A stretch of DNA of 64,000 nt from Myxococcales bacterium (GTDB lineage Bacteria; Myxococcota_A; Polyangia; Polyangiales; Ga0077539), in assembly GCA_030652255.1 (NCBI GenBank), contig JAUSAZ010000112.1, positions 69,907 through 133,906 on the forward strand, in the 5' to 3' direction. Numbering within the stretch: the first letter of the stretch is position 1; each line of letters opens with the position of its first letter. A model generated the notes under the pieces. That model was not told the DNA's origin and did no database searches. It saw only the letters and a program-made list of their open reading frames with translations. The translations under genes and the position numbers were made by a program. Positions 10,177 to 18,095 of this stretch are shown here, one piece after another.

Positions 10177-12648
10177 ATGAACCGCCCCGAGGTGCTCGCG
10201 CCCGCTGGTGACCCCGACGCCCTGCGCGCCGCCATCCAGGCCGGCGCCGACGCCGTCTACTTCGGCCTCCAGGGCTTCAACGCCCGCGCGCGCGCCACCA
10301 ACTTCGACGCCGCCTCGCTGCGCGACACCATGGACCTCCTCCACGCCCACGGCGTGCGCGGGTACGTCACCCTCAACACCCTCGTCTTCGACGCCGAGCT
10401 CCCCGCCGTCGAGGCCGCCCTCCGCGCCTGCGCCGCCGCCGGCGTCGACGCCGTCATCGTGCAGGACCTCGCCGTCGTCCGCCTCGCCCGCGCCGTCGCC
10501 CCCGGCCTCCCGGTGCACGCCTCCACCCAGATGACCTGCACCGACGCGGGCGCCGTGGAGCTCGCCGCCGAGCTCGGCGCGTCGCGGGTCATCCTCGCCC
10601 GCGAGCTCTCCCTCGACGACATCTCGAAGATCCGCGCCGCCACCGACATACCCATCGAGGTATTCGTGCACGGCGCCCTCTGCGTGGCGTACTCCGGCCA
10701 GTGCCTCACCAGCGAGGCCATCGGCGGCCGCAGCGCCAACCGCGGCGCCTGCGCGCAGGCCTGCCGCCTGCCCTACGCCCTCGTCGTCGACGGCGCCGTG
10801 AAGGACACCGGCGACCGCGCCTTCCTCCTCTCCCCCGAAGACCTCGAGGCCTCGGCCCTCATCCCGCAGCTCTCCGCCCTCGGCGTGGCCTCGGTGAAGA
10901 TCGAAGGGCGCCTCAAGGCCGACACCTACGTCGCCGCCACCGCCGCGCTCTACCGCCGCGCCGTCGACGCCGCCGCGGGCGACGCCGCCCCGCCCGGCGA
11001 GGCCGAGCGCGCGCGGGCGCTCCAGATGTTCACCCGGGGCTCGGGGCCGGGCTTCCTCGCGGGCGTCGACCACCAGCGCCTCGTCGACGGCTCGACCTGC
11101 GACCACCGCGGGCTGCGCGTCGCCACGCTGCGCGCCGTCGAGCGCATGGGCGGCCGCACCTGGCTGCGCCTCGCTCTCGACGCCGACCTCGCCCGCGGCG
11201 ACGGGCTGCTGGTGCAGGGGCGCAGCGGCGGCGATGGGGAGGTGGGCGGCCGCGTGTGGGCCGTCACCGTCGACGGCCGCGACGTCGAGCGCGCCGCGGC
11301 GGGCTGCGAGGCGCGCGCCTGGCTGGGCCCCGAGCGCGACGCGAGCGCGGCCCTGGTCGGCCACGCCGTGTGGCGCACCAGCGCCCCCGCGGAGGAGCGG
11401 GCCGTGCGTGACGCCCTCCAGCACGCCACCGCGGGCGACGTGGTCGACCTGGTGCTGCGCGGCCGCGTCGGCGAGCCCGCCCGCCTGGAGGCCGTCACCC
11501 GCAGCGGGCGGCGCGCGGCGGTCGAGGGCGACGCGCCCATCGAGGCCGGGCGCCACGGCCGCACGCCCGACGACGTGGTGCGCGACAAGCTCGGCCGGCT
11601 CGGCGCGACCACCCTGCGCGCGGGCGAGATCACCAACGCCCTCGGCGACGACGCGATGGTCTCGCCCTCGGCGCTCAACCGACTGCGCCGCGCGCTCGTC
11701 GACGCCCTGGCCGCGTCGGTCACCACCGCGTGGCCCACCACCGACGCCTCGGCCGCGGCCCTGCTCGCCGGGGCCGTCCCGCCCGACCGCGCGCCCGCGC
11801 CGCCGGGGCTCTTCGTGCTGTGCCGCACGCTGCCGCAGGCGCACGCCGCCGTCGACGCCGGCGCCGACGGGGTGTACCTCGACTTCCTGGAGCTCACCGG
11901 CACCGGGCCCGCCGTGCGCGCGCTGCGCGAGCGGGGCGTGCGCCACGTCGCCCTCGCGCCGCCGCGCATCCGCAAGCCCGGCGAGGAGAAGATCGACCGC
12001 TACCTCGCGTCGCTCGCCCCCGACGCGCTGCTCGTGCGCGGCCTCGGCGCGCTGCGCGAGGGCGGCGCCGACGGCATCCTCCGCGTGGGCGACGCGTCGC
12101 TCAACGTCACCAACCGGGTCACCGCGGCGACGGTGCTCGCGCGGGGGCTGTCGTCCTTCACGCCCTCCTTCGACCTCGACGCCGCGCAGGTGATGGCGCT
12201 GCTGGAGTCACCCTTCGGCGCGTGGTCGGAGCTCGTGGTGCACCACCCGATGCCCCTCTTCCACATGGAGCACTGCGTGATCGCCGCCGAGCTCTCGACG
12301 GGTCACACCCACCTCGACTGCGGCCGCCCCTGCGAGCGCCACCGGGTCTCGCTGCGCGACCGCGCGGGCATGGAGCACCCCGTCGAGGCCGACGTCGGGT
12401 GCCGCAACACGGTCTTCCACGCCGCCGCCCAGAGCGCCGCGGGCCTGGTGGGCGGCGCGAAGCGGGCGGGCGTGCGGCGCTACCGCGTGGAGCTCGTGCG
12501 CGAGGCCCCCGAGGACGTCGCCCGCATCGTCGACGCCTACCGCCGGCTCCTCGCCGAACAGAGCACCGCCGCCGAGGTCTGGAACACCCTCAAGGCCGAA
12601 GCCCACTACGGCGTCGTGCGAGGCTCGCTCCGGGTCCTCGCCGACTGA
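10177..12648 (+). CDS. long-form peptidase U32 family protein (RlhA/TrhP/UbiU-type putative Fe-S hydroxylase scaffold)
   Basis: 823 aa. The U32 N-terminus is PEVLAPAGDPDALRAAIQAGADAVYFG...HASTQM. The Cys patch is GALCVAYSGQCLTSEAIGGRSANRGACAQACRLPY. A second TIM-like half (DGVYLDFLEL...) follows. GGGAG lies upstream of the ATG. Confidence 0.9.
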   Translation: MNRPEVLAPAGDPDALRAAIQAGADAVYFGLQGFNARARATNFDAASLRDTMDLLHAHGVRGYVTLNTLVFDAELPAVEAALRACAAAGVDAVIVQDLAVVRLARAVAPGLPVHASTQMTCTDAGAVELAAELGASRVILARELSLDDISKIRAATDIPIEVFVHGALCVAYSGQCLTSEAIGGRSANRGACAQACRLPYALVVDGAVKDTGDRAFLLSPEDLEASALIPQLSALGVASVKIEGRLKADTYVAATAALYRRAVDAAAGDAAPPGEAERARALQMFTRGSGPGFLAGVDHQRLVDGSTCDHRGLRVATLRAVERMGGRTWLRLALDADLARGDGLLVQGRSGGDGEVGGRVWAVTVDGRDVERAAAGCEARAWLGPERDASAALVGHAVWRTSAPAEERAVRDALQHATAGDVVDLVLRGRVGEPARLEAVTRSGRRAAVEGDAPIEAGRHGRTPDDVVRDKLGRLGATTLRAGEITNALGDDAMVSPSALNRLRRALVDALAASVTTAWPTTDASAAALLAGAVPPDRAPAPPGLFVLCRTLPQAHAAVDAGADGVYLDFLELTGTGPAVRALRERGVRHVALAPPRIRKPGEEKIDRYLASLAPDALLVRGLGALREGGADGILRVGDASLNVTNRVTAATVLARGLSSFTPSFDLDAAQVMALLESPFGAWSELVVHHPMPLFHMEHCVIAAELSTGHTHLDCGRPCERHRVSLRDRAGMEHPVEADVGCRNTVFHAAAQSAAGLVGGAKRAGVRRYRVELVREAPEDVARIVDAYRRLLAEQSTAAEVWNTLKAEAHYGVVRGSLRVLAD

Positions 12649-13058
12649 CCCGCGGGCGCCGTCGCGGGCGCACCAGCGGGGGGATTCACGCTCGCGCCCG
12701 CGGCCTGGTCGTAGGGCAGCAGGGTGCGCTGCAGGATCGCGCGGGTCTCCTCGTCGAGCGCCGCGGGCCGCTGCTCGACGCTCTCGCGCGCCAGCGAGAG
12801 CCAGTGCCGCGCCTCGTCGCGCTGCCCGAGCCGCTCGGCGGTCATCCCCCGCACGTAGCGGTAGCGCACCTGCTCGATCGCATCGAGGTGACCGAAGTCC
12901 GACTCGAGGTCTTCGAGGTTGGTGAGCGCCGACTCGTACCGCGCCGCCCGGTAGTGGGCGTCCGCGCGATCGAGCTGGTCGCGGTAGTTCTGGCAGGCCG
13001 CCAGCGATGCCAGCAGGCCCGTCACGATCAAGGCACGTCCCGTCCGCACGGCGCGCAC
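12606..13058 (-). CDS. small lipoprotein with a TPR-like helical region
   Basis: The lipobox is in RALIVTGLLASLAAC. Candidate starts are GTG 13049, GTG 13058 and ATG 13127. GC3 is high. The 3' end overlaps the convergent U32 gene by 43 nt. Confidence 0.55.
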   Translation of the reverse strand: MRAVRTGRALIVTGLLASLAACQNYRDQLDRADAHYRAARYESALTNLEDLESDFGHLDAIEQVRYRYVRGMTAERLGQRDEARHWLSLARESVEQRPAALDEETRAILQRTLLPYDQAAGASVNPPAGAPATAPAGQSARTRSEPRTTP

Positions 13059-13212
13059 CCTATCACGGTCCCCGGCGAGCACGGGCACCGTGCCGACTGG
13101 CCAACGGTCCTCCCACCGGCGCGACATGGATGTCAGAGCCATCGCCCGCGGACCTCCCACCCGCCCCTTGGATTTCCGTCGTATCCCCGACGGAAGGCGC
13201 GTCGCCACCCCA

Positions 13213-13228
13213 TGGCACGCTCACTGCA
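13213..13228 (+). promoter_or_regulatory. sigma-54 promoter candidate (TGGCACG-N4-CTGCA)
   Basis: The sequence tggcacgctcactgca has GG and GC spaced exactly as in the consensus TGGCACG-N4-TTGCW, with 7/7 and 4/5 matches. It is intergenic if the minus-strand lipoprotein starts at or before 13127. Confidence 0.5.
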
Positions 13229-13242
13229 CAAGGCTCTGGCAC

Positions 13243-13400
13243 TTCGTTCCTTAGGTCAGCTTCTTCGTTGGCTTCCTTCGGTCTGCGCTTCCTTCTTCGG
13301 TCTTTTCTTCGACTGCCCTTCGCTTCGTCTCCGCTTCAACGTCGGCTCCCTCTTCCTTCTTCCGCTCCCCGACGGATCCCCGACTCACCCCCATCGACTT
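13243..13400 (+). repeat. strand-asymmetric polypyrimidine tract with quasi-repeats ending in TTCG(G)
   Basis: Read directly: cttcttcg, cttccttcgg, cttccttcttcgg, cttttcttcg, cccttcgcttcg, ctccctcttccttcttccgctcccc. GC content is locally lower. Confidence 0.7.
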
Positions 13401-13403
13401 CTT

Positions 13404-13447
13404 GAGCCCGGGGGCGCCCCCAAAGCGCCTCCGGGCTTCTTGTTGTT
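13404..13447 (+). terminator. Rho-independent terminator
   Basis: The stem gcccgggggcgc (13406-13417) pairs with gcgcctccgggc (13425-13436), giving 12 bp with one G-U pair. The loop is 7 nt (ccccaaa). The tail ttcttgttgtt is U-rich. Confidence 0.55.
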
Positions 13448-13558
13448 CCCCCCCACTGCCAATCCCCCGGGCGATGGAACCATCTTCCTCCTCGCGCGTC
13501 CCAAGGGCGGCCACCCTCGCGGTGTCCCCACAGTCCCACCGCCGGAGGATTCCACCCC

Positions 13559-14119
13559 ATGCGCCCCTTCTCTCCCCTCCTCGCCCTCGCCCTCGCCCTG
13601 CTCCCTCCCGCGGCCGCCGCCCAGGACGCGCGCTGCGTCCCGGGCTCGCCCTTCTATGAGCGCGGCGACTACCGCTGTTTCCCCCGGCACCCGCAGCCCA
13701 CCCGCGCCCGCGCCTCGGTGCGCGCCTCCGTCGAGGGCGGCCGCTACCTCTCCGGCGGCGGCCTCGACGCCGCCACCCGCGAGCGCATCGAAGACCACTT
13801 CGACGGCCTCGACGGCACCTTCGCCGAGGCCCTCCCCTCGCTCGTCGACGGCCGCGGCGGGCTGCACACCCCCGACGTGCGCCTGAGCGTCGTGCTGCTC
13901 CCCAGCGGCGACGTCGGCCGCGTGCGGGTGCTCTCCCGCCTCAACGACCCCTTCGACCGGCGCATCGCCCAGGCCCTCGTGGCGTCGGTGTCCGAGCACG
14001 CCGGCCTCTCCGTCGACGGCAGCGAGGTCGAGGTCATCGTGCGCCTCCACCCGCAGCTGCACTTTACCCGATGGCGTAATCACCCCACCCCGTCGCCCTG
14101 CTGCTACGAAGACGACTGA
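13559..14119 (+). CDS. secreted hypothetical protein
   Basis: 186 aa with signal peptide MRPFSPLLALALALLPPAAAAQD. A GGAGGA SD sits 9 nt upstream. GC3 is high. Confidence 0.65.
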   Translation: MRPFSPLLALALALLPPAAAAQDARCVPGSPFYERGDYRCFPRHPQPTRARASVRASVEGGRYLSGGGLDAATRERIEDHFDGLDGTFAEALPSLVDGRGGLHTPDVRLSVVLLPSGDVGRVRVLSRLNDPFDRRIAQALVASVSEHAGLSVDGSEVEVIVRLHPQLHFTRWRNHPTPSPCCYEDD

Positions 14120-14143
14120 GCGCCGCGGCGGGTTCGTGCCACA

Positions 14144-14878
14144 ATGGCCCGCGTGGAGCCCCCGCTGGTCGACCTCCTCTGCCGGCGCGCGCACTCCGTC
14201 ATCGACGTCGCCGCGCGCGTCCGCCTCTTCCGCGGCATCCTCGCGGTCACCGCCCGCGACGACCTCCGCGCCACCCTCGACCGCCTCGCCGAGCGCGCCG
14301 GGCTGCGCGACACCCACGCCCAGGTCGCGCTGCTCACCGCCGAGATCGCCCTCTGCTGGGAGCCCGACCTCCAGCGCGCCGTGCACGGCGACCGCCTCGA
14401 CGTGCCCGCGTCGGCCCTCGACCCCGACGACGAGCGCCTCGTGCCCGACTACGGCCGCGGGCGCGTGCTCACCCTGGGCGAGCGCAAGTCCCTCGCCCGC
14501 AGGCCCGACCGGCGGCTCATCGACCGCGTGCTGCGCGACCCCCACCCCGACGTCATCGAGCTGCTGCTCATGAACCCGCGGCTCACCGAGCCCGACGTGG
14601 TGCGCCTCTGCGCGCGCAGGCCCAACGCGCCGGAGATCCTGCTGCGGGTGTTCCGCTCGCCGCGCTGGGCCATCCGCCCGAAGGTGCGCACCGCGCTCGC
14701 GCTCAACCCCAGCACCCCGCCGGCCATCGCCGAGGCCGTGGTGCCGCTGCTCGCGCCCGAAGACCTCCACGCCCTCGCCCAGGACGACCACGCCGCCGGC
14801 GTCGTCCGCCGTCGCTGCATCGAGGTGCTCTCCCGCTTCGCGCCGCTCCACGACGACCCCGAGCCCGCGGTGCACTGA
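14144..14878 (+). CDS. HEAT/LRV-like repeat protein (hypothetical)
   Basis: 244 aa with repeats of the type LMNPRLTEPDVVRL and ALNPSTPPAIAEAVVPLL. GC3 is high. Confidence 0.6.
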   Translation: MARVEPPLVDLLCRRAHSVIDVAARVRLFRGILAVTARDDLRATLDRLAERAGLRDTHAQVALLTAEIALCWEPDLQRAVHGDRLDVPASALDPDDERLVPDYGRGRVLTLGERKSLARRPDRRLIDRVLRDPHPDVIELLLMNPRLTEPDVVRLCARRPNAPEILLRVFRSPRWAIRPKVRTALALNPSTPPAIAEAVVPLLAPEDLHALAQDDHAAGVVRRRCIEVLSRFAPLHDDPEPAVH

Positions 14879-14888
14879 CGGCCGCACA

Positions 14889-14921
14889 CATCGCGGAGGG
14901 GAATCACACCCCATCGCGGAG
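14889..14921 (+). promoter_or_regulatory. direct repeat CATCGCGGAG x2 (23-bp spacing) upstream of the activator gene
   Basis: Read directly at 14889-14898 and 14912-14921, 50-80 bp upstream of the start at 14970/14976. Confidence 0.2.
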
Positions 14922-14969
14922 TGCAGCCGCTGGCGGGTTCGTAGTATCCTCGGCGCATATGGGGCTTAG

Positions 14970-16430
<1,461 letters not shown>

Positions 16431-16466
16431 GCCGCGGACCCGACGTCCGGGTGGCGCGACCTGTCT

Positions 16467-16482
16467 ATGGCGGCGCCGCCAT
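16467..16482. promoter_or_regulatory. perfect 16-bp palindrome ATGGCGGCGCCGCCAT, UAS-like
   Basis: Read directly. It is centred ~100 bp upstream of the TSS predicted from the sigma-54 promoter at 16548-16563. Confidence 0.35.
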
Positions 16483-16547
16483 GGCCCGCGCGCCGTCAAA
16501 GCATCGTGCGCGGCATCGTCCGAGCGTCGGACACTGTTGCTGCCGTC

Positions 16548-16563
16548 TGGCACCGCATTCGCA
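16548..16563 (+). promoter_or_regulatory. sigma-54 promoter candidate (TGGCAC-N5-TCGCA)
   Basis: The sequence tggcaccgcattcgca has correct GG/GC spacing. It lies 30 nt upstream of the ATG at 16593 and directly downstream of the NtrC-type activator gene. Confidence 0.55.
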
Positions 16564-16592
16564 GTGAGAGGCGGAAACAGAAAGGCCATCCG

Positions 16593-17252
16593 ATGTCACC
16601 CACCCAGCGCGCCAGAGTTGTTCCTTATCCTTCCGATGCCCTAGCCCCTGGCGGCGATGTTTCGTCGACGGACGTCTCCCAGCGCGTCAGCCTCCCGACG
16701 AAGCCCTACCTCCGGCGCCTCAGCGGGGTTCATCGCTCGCGGTCCGGGCTGGTGCTGGGCCCGCCGATCGCGCCCGTCGAACCGGCGCGCGTCGCTCCGG
16801 CGCCCGCGGCGCCCCAGCGGCCTGGGCGCAACACCCCCATCCCGCGCTCGTCGCTCGACCCCTGGGAGGCCGCGCCCGCCGCCATCTCGGAAGAGCAGCT
16901 CGACGCCCTGACCTCGGCCCTGCACCTGACGCTGTCGCTCCTGGTCGAGCGCCGCCCCAGCGACCCGGGCCTCGTCGAGGCGAAGCGCGCCGTCGCGACC
17001 TTCCACGTGCGCGGCGTCGTCCGTGAGGCCCGCGAGCACGAGGCCCGCGAGCGCTGGCTGCCCGCCTCTCGGGCGTGGATGCGCGCCGCGGTCACCGCCG
17101 GCGACGACCCGTGGCTCTTCGCGCACGCCGCCCGCACGCTGCTGCTGACCAACGCGTCGTCGCAGGACGCCCGCGAGCTCGTCGGGCGCGCCCTCGACCT
17201 CGACCCGAACAACCCCCTCGCGCGTCAGGTTCTCGATCGCGTCATCGGCTGA
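16593..17252 (+). CDS. hypothetical protein (Pro-rich N-terminus, TPR-like C-terminus)
   Basis: 219 aa from the ATG at 16593 (MSPTQRARVV...), preceded by AAAGG. GC3 is high from ~16700 but lower over the first ~25 codons, so the start is uncertain. Confidence 0.55.
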   Translation: MSPTQRARVVPYPSDALAPGGDVSSTDVSQRVSLPTKPYLRRLSGVHRSRSGLVLGPPIAPVEPARVAPAPAAPQRPGRNTPIPRSSLDPWEAAPAAISEEQLDALTSALHLTLSLLVERRPSDPGLVEAKRAVATFHVRGVVREAREHEARERWLPASRAWMRAAVTAGDDPWLFAHAARTLLLTNASSQDARELVGRALDLDPNNPLARQVLDRVIG

Positions 17253-17271
17253 AGATACCGGCGGCGTCGGC

Positions 17272-18033
17272 TCACACCGGGGCGAGCGATCGCACCCGCG
17301 CCGACCACTCCGCCGCGGGGCGAGGTAGGAGCGCCAGGAAGGTCTCGCTGCCGTGCGCCACCTCGGTGAGCCCGGCGTCCCGCACGATCGCGCACTCCTC
17401 CTCCCTCTGGATCGCCGCCCACTCCTCGCCCGACGCCTGGCGCACCGCGCACGGCCGCCCCGCGGCGTCCCAGCGATCGAAGCGCTCGGCCTCGCGCTGG
17501 CCGAAGGCGGCCACGCCGAGGAGCACCGCGTGGCCGATCTGCGCCGCGAGCTTGCCCGCGCGCATCGGCACCGCGGCGTTGCGCACGAACACCATCACCG
17601 GCCCGTCGGGCGCGACGGGCAGCGGCCGCGAGGGGAGCTCGGCGGTGTCGGCCACGTAGGCCTGGAGCGTCACCAGGAGCTTCTCGCGCTCGCTCTTGCG
17701 ACGAGGCGGGAGCGCGCGCACCGCCACCGCGCCTTCGATGATCCCGTCGCCGCCGTCGAGGGCGAGCACGGCGGGCCAGTTCTTCTCGTTGGCGCGGAGG
17801 CACACCTTGCGAAACGAGCGCGACGACCACTCGGCGAATGCGCCCCGGTAGCGGGGGTCGTCGGCGAAGCGGGCGGCGACGTCGAAGGTCGCCTGCGCGG
17901 CGGCGACGAGGAGCGCCTCCACCGAGCCCGGGTGCTCCTTGCGGACAACGAGGTACATCACCCACGGGTCGTCCTGCGCGGCGCGCGCGTCGATGGACTC
18001 GGGGTGGTCCTTGTCGTGTTCGTAGACGGGCAT
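17272..18033 (-). CDS. tandem PTH2-fold protein (archaeal/eukaryotic-type peptidyl-tRNA hydrolase-like)
   Basis: 253 aa from the ATG at 18033. The C-terminal half has VMVFVRN..MRAGKLAAQIGHA and IVRDAGLTEVAHGSETFLAL, which align by eye with PTH2 motifs. The N-terminal half is a degenerate copy (WVMYLVVRKEH..LLVAAAQAT). Confidence 0.7.
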   Translation of the reverse strand: MPVYEHDKDHPESIDARAAQDDPWVMYLVVRKEHPGSVEALLVAAAQATFDVAARFADDPRYRGAFAEWSSRSFRKVCLRANEKNWPAVLALDGGDGIIEGAVAVRALPPRRKSEREKLLVTLQAYVADTAELPSRPLPVAPDGPVMVFVRNAAVPMRAGKLAAQIGHAVLLGVAAFGQREAERFDRWDAAGRPCAVRQASGEEWAAIQREEECAIVRDAGLTEVAHGSETFLALLPRPAAEWSARVRSLAPV

Positions 18034-18050
18034 CGCGGGGGGAGGGAGGG

Positions 18051-18078
18051 CGCGGCCGGAGGGAAACCCCCGGCCGCG
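18051..18078 (-). other. strong intercistronic GC hairpin flanked by CCCTCC tracts
   Basis: cgcggccgg (18051-18059) pairs with ccggccgcg (18070-18078). Inner ggg/ccc pairs close a 3-nt loop. It lies between the giant-gene stop (18096) and the PTH2 start (18033). There is no U-tail. Confidence 0.5.
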
Positions 18079-18095
18079 GAGGGAGGACGGCGGGA

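Larger units (their letters stand above)
13239..13447 (+). ncRNA. candidate ~200-nt CU-rich sRNA or attenuating leader (sigma-54 promoter to intrinsic terminator)
   Basis: It is bounded by the promoter candidate at 13213-13228 and the terminator at 13404-13447. The body is a pyrimidine tract with CCUC/CUCC/UUCC motifs. ORFs across it use A- or T-ending codons that are atypical for this genome. Confidence 0.3.

Noticed and set aside
13237-13252. A second TGGCAC hexamer 24 bp downstream of the first, considered as a sigma-54 promoter.
   Set aside because: The -12 position reads TCCTT, with no GC dinucleotide at the required spacing.
13251-13514. An 87-aa K/E-rich minus-strand ORF across the polypurine side of the CU-rich tract.
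   Set aside because: Its codons are rich in A-ending choices (GAA, GGA, GCA, CGA, CCA). Genuine genes here use almost exclusively G/C-ending codons. There is no SD or signal. The ORF is a by-product of the purine tract.
13212-13886. A plus-strand reading frame starting at the ATG at 13212 (MARSLHKALALRSLGQLLRWLPSVCASFFGLFFDC...), considered as a possible leader peptide or membrane protein.
   Set aside because: It is dominated by T-ending codons (ctt, cgt, gct, ggt, cct). It runs through the terminator and out of frame into the real gene at 13559. It is part of the 718-aa composite shadow ORF 11730-13886.
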